From: an archaeon | Lineage (GTDB): Archaea; Nanobdellota; Nanobdellia; Pacearchaeales; GW2011-AR1 | Reading direction: 5' to 3' | DNA length: 64,000 bases | Assembly (NCBI GenBank): GCA_018651605.1 | Contig: JABIDS010000003.1 | Location: 26,342 to 90,341, forward strand | In this document: piece by piece, positions 22,401 to 31,641 of the stretch | Numbering within the stretch: position 1 is the first letter of the stretch | Layout of the letters: every line of letters begins with the position of its first letter | Made by a program: the position numbers and the translations under genes | The notes under the pieces: generated by a model | Told to the model about the DNA's origin: nothing | Seen by the model: only the letters and a program-made list of their open reading frames with translations | Databases searched by the model: none

Positions 22401-22954
22401 TGGGACTTGCTGCAGGTTTCGCCCTTCCAGGAGCTGAATCAAGAACAGGAGGCAATGATCAACTTAAAAGTAATATTAATGATTTCCTTCAAACCATGAG
22501 AGATAACAACCTAGATATTCCCCCACAAATGCAAGACATAGCTTCAGTTATACAAAACCCAGAAGCCATGACTACTATTTTAAGATTTGTTTCAGATGAA
22601 TCAACATTAAAGGGAGGAAATAGCGTTACAATAACTCCAGGATATTTAGCAGTCAATGGAAAACAAGTAAACACATTTACAACTTCAAATGGTCAGCAAG
22701 AAGATTTAGGTCCGGCACTTAGAACATTTATGAGATCTTATAAAAAAATGACAGACAGTCCAGCATTAGATCCATTTAGATCTTATGGAGGTCTAAAGAG
22801 TCTTAGAAATATAGCTCAACAAGCACAATATGTATCTCAAAAAGCTCAACAACAAGGCATAGCAAGTTTAACAGACTCTGAAGTAGCAACCTTAAGAAAT
22901 ATGTATATGGGATTCCAGAGAGTAAGCACAAGATCCACATATCGTTATAATTAA
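19496..22954 (+). CDS. Very large secreted protein (about 1150 aa) of the variable-tip family
   Basis: TATA box at about 19467, ATG at 19496; signal peptide; WIDFDNMPRWTDSVSY motif. Confidence 0.75.
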   Translation: MKKGVEKKPIQKGNLLNIFYIISFILILTSLIFAQTTNPCDNLTGAEKAYCEQGQKFKETFEQGKIPSESLQETMIDNFDDFYKGFKTNPENFETLFENFYSTHAEGDLQGEHLIVEDLRNKFLQKFLEEGDNENIKKLIQAGGDNYRKKNPSFFGDSTESRIKYVDIQGKNIKFVGNKLARVDEEGNPISWIDFDNMPRWTDSVSYYEGEREVTIGGKKEIVNDAFFIRIDTGSALKTLIAEKGSFGNIAEAIAPDGRTIGLDLGRDIQSITLEAGVSPADAKVSIKWKDLDGKLHEEKLGKAQIGEESFAFLEGLSGNAKDVIQEMMSDLDGIGPKMGEDLNEALGTNTGNRISFSYGGDYDSEETIIMDFDEQGDMIIKGSEGATIISTDSAGNVNAEFNPLKEGQTGHSEGPGQFIFDKYGDVKKYSNAEISIYEANQHTASLRTKGNELEDVTIIRNTFVDAVMRGDYNRLVREVGYDVEDLIDESMSNYLPSEIKARIAEKIKKYLDDPNLGPEMKKALIKSYDSVLSTLQEQSSSIANDFLTRYSNTNQEVIEDLKRHFVNQMTDKAQSIGREVIGEILQDPQQVRDILEGDSSILTRIQKDINAGDYVEGVVGSDIYQEIKNTLEEFQRAGIIDSTGSISTTTTARNTAISQITDSLVQDISGNYQTITTSSSASISQGDIDIDSLFSEYLVGANAPLEVAFAGYLEQVQKGDVSFQVLDKNGNPLTSKETAKRAMGIFEDAQKYITEQKNEFKEKLIADFAKNKRTGQVLDVQAKEFYVNGGNGGIFNANTGFRKISVNNQDKDSFQIFSNGEEVARVQGKNTYFSRIVDSHQYVPIEEIVNENSGHQLKLASSSDPLTRGDYSIYDVNRLATKTARIQAYVREDDGFLGRRWGRGLGPRGAWQHPIVGTTITAPEGSDIGADPNSKIEIYDLTDQMSGILGGRIKGMVRDMIVPVGWPMGLAAGFALPGAESRTGGNDQLKSNINDFLQTMRDNNLDIPPQMQDIASVIQNPEAMTTILRFVSDESTLKGGNSVTITPGYLAVNGKQVNTFTTSNGQQEDLGPALRTFMRSYKKMTDSPALDPFRSYGGLKSLRNIAQQAQYVSQKAQQQGIASLTDSEVATLRNMYMGFQRVSTRSTYRYN

Positions 22955-22955
22955 A

Positions 22956-25655
22956 ATGAAAACAACAAAAACAACAAAAACAACCGTCCTTTTAATCTTA
23001 GTCTTAACTTTAACTCTCGCACTCATCTCAGCCCCAACACCTCAAGAACTAGAAGATTATCTCAGCGGAAGCCAGCAAGAAATTAAAGAAAAAGTAGAAG
23101 AGTTCACAGAATTATCTGGAGGAGATAGAAATGCTATTTGGGAAAAAAGTGGTGAAGAATATAGCATAGAGAAAGATGTAATGATGAAAGAATATTTAAA
23201 ATTAATAAACGAAAAAAAGAACCAAGCACTTAGGAGCGGAAATTTAGCAAGTTTTTTTGGAGGAACACTTGCAAATGTATTAATCAGAGAAGGAAAAAAG
23301 AATGACATAGGAGGCTTAAGAATAACCTTAGCCAGCGAAGAATTAAAAGGCTCACAAATTGATATAGATATTGATTTTGAAAAGTTTAAAAAGGATTTAG
23401 ACGGAAATTTAAAAAAATTAGGAATAGACCCTCAAGGTTCTTTATTAGAGGGGGATATAAAAATCAGAGGATTTGGAAATCCTAAATTAAAATGGTCAGA
23501 AGAACAAGGAAAAGAAAATGTAATTGGAGATGGAAAAGTATGGGTAGATATGTCTAACTTACCAGTTGGAACTTCAAAAATAGAATATGACGGAAGCAAA
23601 TTCACATTAACATTAAGAGGAGGAGGAAAAGTAGTATTAGAACCAGGAGCAACAAACAAAGACGGAGGATTAGCATTAGAAGGTTTTGATGTTGATAATC
23701 TAAGAGACATTGTTTTTACAGCAGGAACAAATGGAGAAATTAGCATTAATGCAGAAGGTATAAAATTAAAAGGAGATGCAGAAGTTCATTACAATGGTTT
23801 AGTATTAACTAAAAACCCAAAAGAAGCAGAAGGTTTTGTTAGAGCTACAAAAGACGGATTTTATCTCAAAGGAGTTAAAGCAAAAGTAATAAATCCTGCA
23901 GGGGAAGGATTTATAGGAATGATCGCAGGAAAAAACGAAAAATTATTAAGAATTGCAAATGGACAAGCATTAACCTTAAGGGATTTAGTAAGTATGAAAG
24001 ATGGGATTTTAGCTAATGCCAACAGTCCAGTTGTAGAAGTAATTCATTTTGATGATGCTGAGAAAAAAGTGAGCAGAGATAGAGTATTTGCAGGAAGTGT
24101 AAGTACAGCTCCGAGTTTTAGGCAACTTATTACAACAAGAGAATCTTTAGGAGACATTTATTTCAGCTTCAACGAACAAACAGGAGAAGTCGTAGCAGTT
24201 AAAAAAGAAGGAGCATGGGTTAGAATAGGAGATTCTATGACAGAAGATTTACAAAAAATTTACACAGCTTCCAGTGATACTGTTCAACAAATAATTACAG
24301 ATTCATTAAATCCTGAAACAACAGTAGATTATACTTACATAAGGAGTGCACGTAATAAAGACTTCTGGTTAAGAAGGGGTAAAACAGTTCATGTAGATGC
24401 GAAAGTTTTAGATGGAGTTTCTATGAGCATTGATGATGGAAAAATTACTCATGTTAGAAAAATAGGAGTCAACAACGGAGCATGGCTCAAATTTTCTGAA
24501 ACTAGTGACATGAGCGAAATCTATGGAACTTCAACCCAAAGGGTCGGAGATTATCTAAGAACTAGCAAAGATGAAACTATTAATCCTGACCTTGAAAAAT
24601 ATATCGCAAACACAGTCCCTCCAAACACTCCCGACTTCATGATAATTGCAGGAGATAACGTCTTAATGGGCGGAGATGTTGAAGTAAATATCCAACAAGA
24701 TTTAGGAAGTTTAAATTTCTACAATTTAGATGATGATGCAAAAGTAAATGTCAACGGCCTTAAATTAAGCGCCAATGAACAAGGAAAGTTAGAATACCAA
24801 AGAGCTCCAGTCAAAACAAACGAATTCAATGTAGATTATGTTAGTATAACAAACCAAAGAAGCGACGGAAGTTGGATAACAAGCTCAGATACTTATGAAA
24901 TCCTAGATCAAAGAGGAGATGCAGGAAATACTCCAATTATAGATTCAGACAGATTTGTCGCGGGCAGAGAAGTCTTCACAGGCCCATTAGGAGTTACAAT
25001 TGATGCTTATGTTTCCATGAGTCAGGAAAGCGTAGAAAGAACTGGTGCAAACAAAATACAAGAGGGTGGAGATATTAGAGATATTCTAGAAAATGAAGGC
25101 TATGAAGTTAGATTAGATACAAAACTTCCAGTTAGTGGCGTAAGTGTTACAGTTAGAGACAGTGATAAACTTTTAGATGAAGTTATATTGCCTAGATTAG
25201 ATGATTGGATTTTAGGACTTGGGGGCAATCTTTTTGAAGGTGAAGGAGAATTGGCAGAATGGCTTATTGGAGATAGGCAAATTAAATTACAAACATCACA
25301 AAATATTAACAATTTAGTTAGAAGTTCTGTAGTGGGCAAATATAATGGGGGAGAGTTAGGTATAGGGTTTAGGCATGTCCCAAATAAAAATCCTCAAATT
25401 ATAGTTTATGAAAATGGAAAAATAATTAACACCGTAAATTTACAAGGGCAAAATGCAAAATTGGTAAAAGATATACTTTGGGGAGTTAGAATTGTTCCTT
25501 ATGTAAATAACGACGTACGTAAGATATGGGGACAAAATATTGGAAATAAAGTTAATATAAATAATGGACTAGGACGTTGGGAAACATGGAAATGGGGAGG
25601 AGTAGCAAATTTAGGAAACACTAAATTAAACAAATATTCAGAATTAGTTAAATAA
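22956..25655 (+). CDS. Large secreted protein of the variable-tip family
   Basis: Coupled start; signal peptide; KLKW...WVDMSNLPVGTSKIEY motif. Confidence 0.75.
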   Translation: MKTTKTTKTTVLLILVLTLTLALISAPTPQELEDYLSGSQQEIKEKVEEFTELSGGDRNAIWEKSGEEYSIEKDVMMKEYLKLINEKKNQALRSGNLASFFGGTLANVLIREGKKNDIGGLRITLASEELKGSQIDIDIDFEKFKKDLDGNLKKLGIDPQGSLLEGDIKIRGFGNPKLKWSEEQGKENVIGDGKVWVDMSNLPVGTSKIEYDGSKFTLTLRGGGKVVLEPGATNKDGGLALEGFDVDNLRDIVFTAGTNGEISINAEGIKLKGDAEVHYNGLVLTKNPKEAEGFVRATKDGFYLKGVKAKVINPAGEGFIGMIAGKNEKLLRIANGQALTLRDLVSMKDGILANANSPVVEVIHFDDAEKKVSRDRVFAGSVSTAPSFRQLITTRESLGDIYFSFNEQTGEVVAVKKEGAWVRIGDSMTEDLQKIYTASSDTVQQIITDSLNPETTVDYTYIRSARNKDFWLRRGKTVHVDAKVLDGVSMSIDDGKITHVRKIGVNNGAWLKFSETSDMSEIYGTSTQRVGDYLRTSKDETINPDLEKYIANTVPPNTPDFMIIAGDNVLMGGDVEVNIQQDLGSLNFYNLDDDAKVNVNGLKLSANEQGKLEYQRAPVKTNEFNVDYVSITNQRSDGSWITSSDTYEILDQRGDAGNTPIIDSDRFVAGREVFTGPLGVTIDAYVSMSQESVERTGANKIQEGGDIRDILENEGYEVRLDTKLPVSGVSVTVRDSDKLLDEVILPRLDDWILGLGGNLFEGEGELAEWLIGDRQIKLQTSQNINNLVRSSVVGKYNGGELGIGFRHVPNKNPQIIVYENGKIINTVNLQGQNAKLVKDILWGVRIVPYVNNDVRKIWGQNIGNKVNINNGLGRWETWKWGGVANLGNTKLNKYSELVK

Positions 25656-25657
25656 AA

Positions 25658-25945
25658 TTAAAAATCTCTAGGTGAAGTTAATACTTGTTCTACCATTCTA
25701 AATGGGGCCTCTGTGAAAACATCACCGATTTCATCAACAACTTCCAACCCTTTATACCCACCAAAAGCCAAAGCACCAACAACGCCCGCAATAGCCAAAT
25801 TTCTTAAAATTTTAGATTTCTTTCTAGGGCTTTCAACTTCAGAAGTAGTGGTAGATTCCAAATTAGGACCACCAGAGTAAGCACTATTTCCCTGATTTAT
25901 TTCTCTTTGTTCGTAATTTTTGTTTACCATTTTCTTAATATTCAC
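25658..25945 (-). CDS. Small single-TM hypothetical protein
   Basis: GTG start; TM LAIAGVVGALAFGGY; promoter duplicated with the 26014 gene. Confidence 0.6.
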   Translation of the reverse strand: MNIKKMVNKNYEQREINQGNSAYSGGPNLESTTTSEVESPRKKSKILRNLAIAGVVGALAFGGYKGLEVVDEIGDVFTEAPFRMVEQVLTSPRDF

Positions 25946-26013
25946 AAGAATAACGACTATTTAAACCTTTCTATTTGTTGTTACTATCCAATGGTTATTA
26001 AATTAGAGGATTT

Positions 26014-27171
26014 TTACCTTCTCATTTTAATCCTAGTTCTAACGGGATTCCTTGCTGCTTCCCCCGCTGCTTTAGCCCCTGCTATTCCAGGCCCAATAAT
26101 CACTTTTTCAATAGCACCAAAATACACATCTTCTAACATTCCCACGAATGTAGGCTCTTCTTCAAATCTTCTTTTAGCAATCTTCTGAAGATAAGGCTGA
26201 TAATCAGAAGTTTCAATCAATTCTTCTACAGTTTCTTGAACTGCATTATAAAGAGGGTCATCTTTTGAATAAAATAATTCTTTTTCTTCTTCATTTTTCA
26301 AAAATCTAGTATCAACCCTCCAACTTATCCAATCATTAAGGGCGTATTTTTTCAATTCTTCAACTGCTTGTTCATCTGTTAAATCTTCTTCAATCCTATA
26401 ACCCTGTTTTTCAAGACGACTTTGATAAATAGAAAATTCAAAATTTCCAACCCAGAAAGGAAAATTTACATTCTTTCCCCTTGTATCTTTTCCATTTATT
26501 TTGACATACATATCTCCAAAATAAAGATCACTATTAGATTCACTTTTTTCAGGCTCAAAAGAAGTATATGGATACCCTCTTAATTTTTCATCTAAAAATA
26601 TTTTTATCTTATCTGATTCAGTTATATCACCTAAATCAATATCAGAATAAACACCCATCTTTGATTTAAACACCCTCATCCAATAAAAATCTGGAAAAGT
26701 CTCATTTAAAAACAGTACATTACCTGAACCTAATAACTCTCCTGAAAAATATGTTTCAAATTCTTCCATATCTGAATGTGAAAAAGCAGATAATGCCTCT
26801 TTAGGATGTTTATCTATCCTGTCAATTTTTTCACGAAAATTCATTCTATTCTTATAAGAATTATCTTCACTTGATTCAAAAATACCAAATATACCTCCAG
26901 AGTATCTATTTTTAAATTCCTCTCCCGTTGGAACTATTTCATCTCTTGTATATTCTGGAAGAGGTTCTGGAATCACTTCTTCAACAGGTTTTAGATTAGG
27001 AATGGTAGGTTTAATAATTGATTCTGGTTGTTCTACTACAACTTCAAGAGAAATATTATAAGAATCTTCAGTTGGTTGAGTATCAAGTTTTTTTGAATCA
27101 ATACATCCTGCTAGAACTAAACTTGCTAAGGTTCCAACAAGCCCATTTCTTAATTTATTCATAATATCCAC
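26014..27171 (-). CDS. Putative lipoprotein
   Basis: LASLVLAG|C lipobox-like motif after a hydrophobic signal. Confidence 0.7.
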   Translation of the reverse strand: MDIMNKLRNGLVGTLASLVLAGCIDSKKLDTQPTEDSYNISLEVVVEQPESIIKPTIPNLKPVEEVIPEPLPEYTRDEIVPTGEEFKNRYSGGIFGIFESSEDNSYKNRMNFREKIDRIDKHPKEALSAFSHSDMEEFETYFSGELLGSGNVLFLNETFPDFYWMRVFKSKMGVYSDIDLGDITESDKIKIFLDEKLRGYPYTSFEPEKSESNSDLYFGDMYVKINGKDTRGKNVNFPFWVGNFEFSIYQSRLEKQGYRIEEDLTDEQAVEELKKYALNDWISWRVDTRFLKNEEEKELFYSKDDPLYNAVQETVEELIETSDYQPYLQKIAKRRFEEEPTFVGMLEDVYFGAIEKVIIGPGIAGAKAAGEAARNPVRTRIKMRR

Positions 27172-27249
27172 AAGAATTAACCACTATTTAAACATTCCCA
27201 ACTCAACCCCCCCAAAAACCTTTATTAACCCCCCTCCCCTTCTACAACC

Positions 27250-27924
27250 ATGAAAAAGAGGAAACCCACAAACCCCAATTTGAAATCCCTTTCCAACCCT
27301 AAAACTCCTGTTTCAAAATCCCACCTTAAACCCACCAACCACAATTTGAAATCCAACCTGAAATCCAAAACCCTTAAACCCAAATCCAACCTCCAACCAA
27401 AATCCCCCTTAAACACCATTCCAACCAACAAAAAATCCCAACAATCCATAGGACTATCCTTCGGACTAATTTTCTCAATAATCATAATGATATTCATCCT
27501 CTTAACAGCATTCATAGCAATCAAAGCAGCACTAGGCTCAAAAGACTGCGCCCAACTAGGACTATTCATACAAGACTTTGAAAACGAAATAACAAACACA
27601 TGGAACTCTCAGGAAAATAGCGCAACATTCAAAAGAACACTCCCAACAAAATTAGAATACGTTTGCTTCGCAGACCTAAACAAAAACCAAAAAGGAGAAT
27701 TCCCACAAGTCTACGATAATATGATTTATTACAAAGGAAACACTGCAAACACATTTTTCTATCCAAAATCTGGAGCCTGCAAAGTCCCATACAAAAACAT
27801 CAAACATCTAGACATAGATGAAATAATAAAAACTCAAAACCCTTACTGCATCCCAATAGATAGAGGAACAATAAGAATAAAAATAGAAAAAGAATTCAAT
27901 GAAAGACTTGTAAGGGTGAGTTAA
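27250..27924 (+). CDS. Class III signal peptide protein with about 63-aa repetitive leader
   Basis: KKS|QQSIGLSFGLIFSIII; leader built from KPTNxNLKS repeats. Confidence 0.75.
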   Translation: MKKRKPTNPNLKSLSNPKTPVSKSHLKPTNHNLKSNLKSKTLKPKSNLQPKSPLNTIPTNKKSQQSIGLSFGLIFSIIIMIFILLTAFIAIKAALGSKDCAQLGLFIQDFENEITNTWNSQENSATFKRTLPTKLEYVCFADLNKNQKGEFPQVYDNMIYYKGNTANTFFYPKSGACKVPYKNIKHLDIDEIIKTQNPYCIPIDRGTIRIKIEKEFNERLVRVS

Positions 27925-27925
27925 G

Positions 27926-28861
27926 ATGAAAAACAAAAAAGCAATTTTCGGAATGAGCTTCAACTGGATTTTCGCAATTCTCGCAGGAGGATTTATTTTA
28001 GTAATTGCAATTTACGGAGCAAGCAAATTCATCCAAACTTCTGAAACATCACTAAACACAGAAACAGCAGCAAGATTAACTTCATTATTAGACCCCTTAG
28101 AAACAGGATTAGCATCAGGTAAAGCAACAGAAATAAACTTTCAAAAAGAAAGCAAATTTTATTTCACTTGCAACGAAAACGCATTTCCCCCATTTGGAAG
28201 ACAAACAATAGCCTTCTCAGAAAAATCATTCGGAGACAAATTCTCTGAAAAAAGTAAAAGAGTGGATATAAAAGACAAATACATTTTCACAAAAAGCCTT
28301 CTCCAAGGAAAAAGCCTATCAATATTCTCAAAACCATTTGAACTAACATTCAAAGTCGCAGACTTAACAATTATACTAACAGACAACTACTGTTTCTACG
28401 AAGCCCCTGAAGAAATTCAAGAAGATTTAGAAGGACTTAACTTAAAAAACATAATCTTCATGAACAATACTCAAGAAGAATGCAACTCAATAAAAGTTTG
28501 CTTCGATGAATCACAAAACAATTGTGAAATTGAAGTAAATACAAATGAAAACTATTTAAGAAAAGAAGGCAAAAGACTATACTTCACCGACGATTTAATC
28601 TACGCAGCAATTTTCTCATCACCAGAAATCTACGAATGCAACCTAAAAAGATTAAAAAATAAATTTAACGAACTAAGCAAAATATATTTAACAAAAATAA
28701 CAATCATGGAAAGAAAAGGTTGCACATCAAACATTGGCTCAAAATTAGAACTAATGAACACCCCAATAACCTCCTCAAGGGACATCTTAACTCTCTACCA
28801 AAAAGCAAAAGAAATTAATCAAATAAACAAAGCAGCAAACTCTGGTTGCAAACTATATTAA
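27926..28861 (+). CDS. Class III signal peptide (pilin-like) protein
   Basis: MKNKKA|IFGMSFNWIFAILAGGFIL; paired Cys. Confidence 0.75.
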   Translation: MKNKKAIFGMSFNWIFAILAGGFILVIAIYGASKFIQTSETSLNTETAARLTSLLDPLETGLASGKATEINFQKESKFYFTCNENAFPPFGRQTIAFSEKSFGDKFSEKSKRVDIKDKYIFTKSLLQGKSLSIFSKPFELTFKVADLTIILTDNYCFYEAPEEIQEDLEGLNLKNIIFMNNTQEECNSIKVCFDESQNNCEIEVNTNENYLRKEGKRLYFTDDLIYAAIFSSPEIYECNLKRLKNKFNELSKIYLTKITIMERKGCTSNIGSKLELMNTPITSSRDILTLYQKAKEINQINKAANSGCKLY

Positions 28862-28862
28862 A

Positions 28863-29393
28863 ATGAAAAACAAAGGACAACTAAAAATACAAGAAATGGC
28901 ATTCATGCTCGTCGCAGTAGTTTTCTTTTTCATCCTAGTCGGACTTTTCGCACTTTCAATCACCTACACAAACCTCTACCAAAAAGCAAACAAAGTAGCT
29001 GAAGACAGAACACTTTCAGCACTAACAAATTTAGCAGACACTCCAGAATTAGCCTGCACATCCTCAAAAGCAAACTGCATAGACGCTGATAAATTAATCT
29101 CACTAGTAGGAAATGAAAATTACGAAAACTTCTGGCCATTCTCAACACTAAAAGTCATCAGACAATCAGCATTCAAAAAATCACAAACATCAATGTCAGA
29201 ATGCACTTTAGAAAACTACCCTGATTGCGAAAGATTCACAGTCTATGATAAAGAAATAGAAAACCAAAGAATAATTTCAACCTATGTCGCACTCTGCAGA
29301 AAAGAATATGAAAACACATACTCTTACGAAAGATGTGAAATAGCAAAACTAATCGCCGGAACGGAAATTAAAATACCAGGAGAAAACAATTAA
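28863..29393 (+). CDS. Class III signal peptide (pilin-like) protein
   Basis: MKNKG|QLKIQEMAFMLVAVVFFF. Confidence 0.8.
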   Translation: MKNKGQLKIQEMAFMLVAVVFFFILVGLFALSITYTNLYQKANKVAEDRTLSALTNLADTPELACTSSKANCIDADKLISLVGNENYENFWPFSTLKVIRQSAFKKSQTSMSECTLENYPDCERFTVYDKEIENQRIISTYVALCRKEYENTYSYERCEIAKLIAGTEIKIPGENN

Positions 29394-30047
29394 ATGAAAC
29401 CCCTCAATAAAAAACATACACATGATAAGCTTTCGAAGAAAGTACTTAGAGGGAGGGTGACTTGTCAATCTAAAAGGAGGATACATCTAATGAACCTTGG
29501 TTCCTGGGATACCCTACGAAAAGCCCAACAAGAAATACTAGGCTTCGTCCTAATAGTAGTAATCGTCAGCATAATCGGTGTAATCTTCTTAGTTTTAACA
29601 ATGGGAAGAGCTCCTTCAACAGCTTATAACAGCGTAGAAATATCAAACCTATTAGAATCATCAATGCATTACACAACAGATTGTGCAGTCAACTACGTTC
29701 CACAATACAAAGACGGACAAGATTTAATAAAATCCTGCTACAACGAACAAATAGGAAATTATCTAAACTGTTTAGATGAAAGAAATGTCTGCGATGCATT
29801 AAAAACAACAATGCAAAACCTAATCCAACAAACCTTAGACGTCCATGAAGACTCTCCAAATAAAGCCTTCAAATTTAACATTTATTTCAGCCCAACAAAC
29901 GAAGAAGAACCAAATCTACCAATACTAGACATAGACCAAGGACTATTTCAAAACTGCACCTCAAGAACAGGCGGAAGTCATCTAATTGATGCAACATTCA
30001 TAAACTCCGGAACAATCCATGTAGAACTCCAAGTTTGCAAATCATAA
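29394..30047 (+). CDS. Class III signal peptide (pilin-like) protein with a palindromic element in its leader
   Basis: RKA|QQEILGFVLIVVIV; leader contains HDKLSKKVLRGRVTC. Confidence 0.8.
   Translation: MKPLNKKHTHDKLSKKVLRGRVTCQSKRRIHLMNLGSWDTLRKAQQEILGFVLIVVIVSIIGVIFLVLTMGRAPSTAYNSVEISNLLESSMHYTTDCAVNYVPQYKDGQDLIKSCYNEQIGNYLNCLDERNVCDALKTTMQNLIQQTLDVHEDSPNKAFKFNIYFSPTNEEEPNLPILDIDQGLFQNCTSRTGGSHLIDATFINSGTIHVELQVCKS
29421..29519 (+). repeat. In-frame palindromic element, copy 2
   Basis: CATGATAAGCTTTCGAAGAAAGTACTTAGAGGGAGGGTGACTTGT matches the 6098 copy with compensatory stem changes; ends TACGA. Confidence 0.8.
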
Positions 30048-30149
30048 AGCATCTACTATCATCTCTTGTTTTTTAAACCTCAAACATAACAGACTTTTCA
30101 AACAAACCAAAGATATCCTAACAACTTAATCAACTTCTCAAACATAACT

Positions 30150-30255
30150 AATCTACTCCTCTGAATAAAATAAATCCCTAAGAAGATATCAATATGTAAC
30201 AGGAAGGAAAGGGAAAACGATTTCATGAGTGGCTTTCCGTGGTGGAGGAAATATA
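30150..30255 (+). repeat. Intergenic repeat element, diverged copy
   Basis: AATCTACTCCTC...AAATAAATCCCTAAGAAGATATCAA...GGGAAA...GGAGGAAAT, as at 51520..51620. Confidence 0.65.
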
Positions 30256-30345
30256 ACTCAATAAATAAAACCCCAACCCCCTCAAAACATATTTCTCAGA
30301 ACAATTTAATTTAAAAACCAAACACACTATGAACTAACATAAAAA

Positions 30346-31599
30346 ATGGTGTTACAAAATTATACAATAACTTCAGAATCAGTCACCGAAGGACATCCTG
30401 ACAAAGTCTGCGACCAAATCAGTGATGCTATTCTCGATAATCTCTTAGCTCAAGACCCAGACTCAAGAGTAGCAGTAGAAACAATGGTGACAACAGGTTC
30501 AGTCCACATAGCAGGAGAAGTAACAACAAAAGGATTCTTAGACGCACAAAGAGTTGCTAAACAAACATTAAAAGAAATAGGATACACAAACCCTGAATTT
30601 GGGATGGACGCAGAAGACGCAGGAATATGGACAAACATTCACAAACAAAGCTCAGACATCTCTCAAGGTGTTTCAGAAGGACAAGGAGAAGACAAAGAAC
30701 AAGGAGCAGGAGACCAAGGTATGATGTATGGATATGCATGCAATGAAACAGAAGAACTAATGCCACTACCAATAACACTAGCACACAAATTAACAAAAAG
30801 ATTATCAATAGTTAGAAAAGCAGAACTAATAAGAGGATTAGGCCCAGACGGAAAATCACAAGTCTCAATAGAATACGAAAACAACAAACCAAAAAGATTA
30901 TCAGCAGTAGTAATCGCACAACAACATTTAGACGCTGTTTCAGAAGAATATCTAAAAAAAGAAATCTTAGAAAAAGTAATAAGACCAATTTGCAAAGAAT
31001 GGATGGATGAACAAACACAAATTCACATAAACTCAACAGGAAAATTCATCATAGGAGGTCCAGAAGGAGACACAGGACTAACAGGAAGAAAAATAATTGT
31101 AGATACTTACGGAGGAGTAGGCAGGCACGGAGGAGGAGCATTCTCAGGAAAAGATCCATCAAAAGTAGACAGAAGCGGAGCATACGCTGCAAGATACATA
31201 GCAAAAAATATAGTAGCCGCAGAATTAGCAGAAAAATGTGAAGTCCAACTAAGTTATGCAATAGGCGTAGCAAACCCCACATCAATAAACATAGATTGCT
31301 TTGGAACAAATAAAATATCAGAAGAAAAAATATCAAGATTAATTTATGAAAATTTCAAATTAAAACCAAAAGAAATAATAGAAACATTAAATCTTAAAAA
31401 ACCAATTTACCAAAAAACAGCAGCTTATGGACATTTTGGAAGAAACGAATTCCCATGGGAAGAAACAAACAAAGCAGATTCATTAAAACAAACAACACCT
31501 CCAGAAACAATAAGTCAAACAGAACAAATAATGCCACAACAAAACACAATTACTCAAAATATCTCAGAACAATCATTAGAAAATTATAAGAATTATTAA
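30346..31599 (+). CDS. metK: S-adenosylmethionine synthetase, bacterial/eukaryotic type
   Basis: [44 protein letters not shown]. Confidence 0.97.
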   Translation: MVLQNYTITSESVTEGHPDKVCDQISDAILDNLLAQDPDSRVAVETMVTTGSVHIAGEVTTKGFLDAQRVAKQTLKEIGYTNPEFGMDAEDAGIWTNIHKQSSDISQGVSEGQGEDKEQGAGDQGMMYGYACNETEELMPLPITLAHKLTKRLSIVRKAELIRGLGPDGKSQVSIEYENNKPKRLSAVVIAQQHLDAVSEEYLKKEILEKVIRPICKEWMDEQTQIHINSTGKFIIGGPEGDTGLTGRKIIVDTYGGVGRHGGGAFSGKDPSKVDRSGAYAARYIAKNIVAAELAEKCEVQLSYAIGVANPTSINIDCFGTNKISEEKISRLIYENFKLKPKEIIETLNLKKPIYQKTAAYGHFGRNEFPWEETNKADSLKQTTPPETISQTEQIMPQQNTITQNISEQSLENYKNY

Positions 31600-31641
31600 T
31601 TCTAATTTAATATTATTCTCCCCAAGAACATCTCAATAAAA

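Noticed and set aside
6879-25655. Calling the array a classical polymorphic toxin-immunity locus
   Set aside because: No recognisable nuclease or deaminase toxin motifs; downstream small genes are secreted and mostly have their own promoters, so only the looser effector/adhesin model is kept
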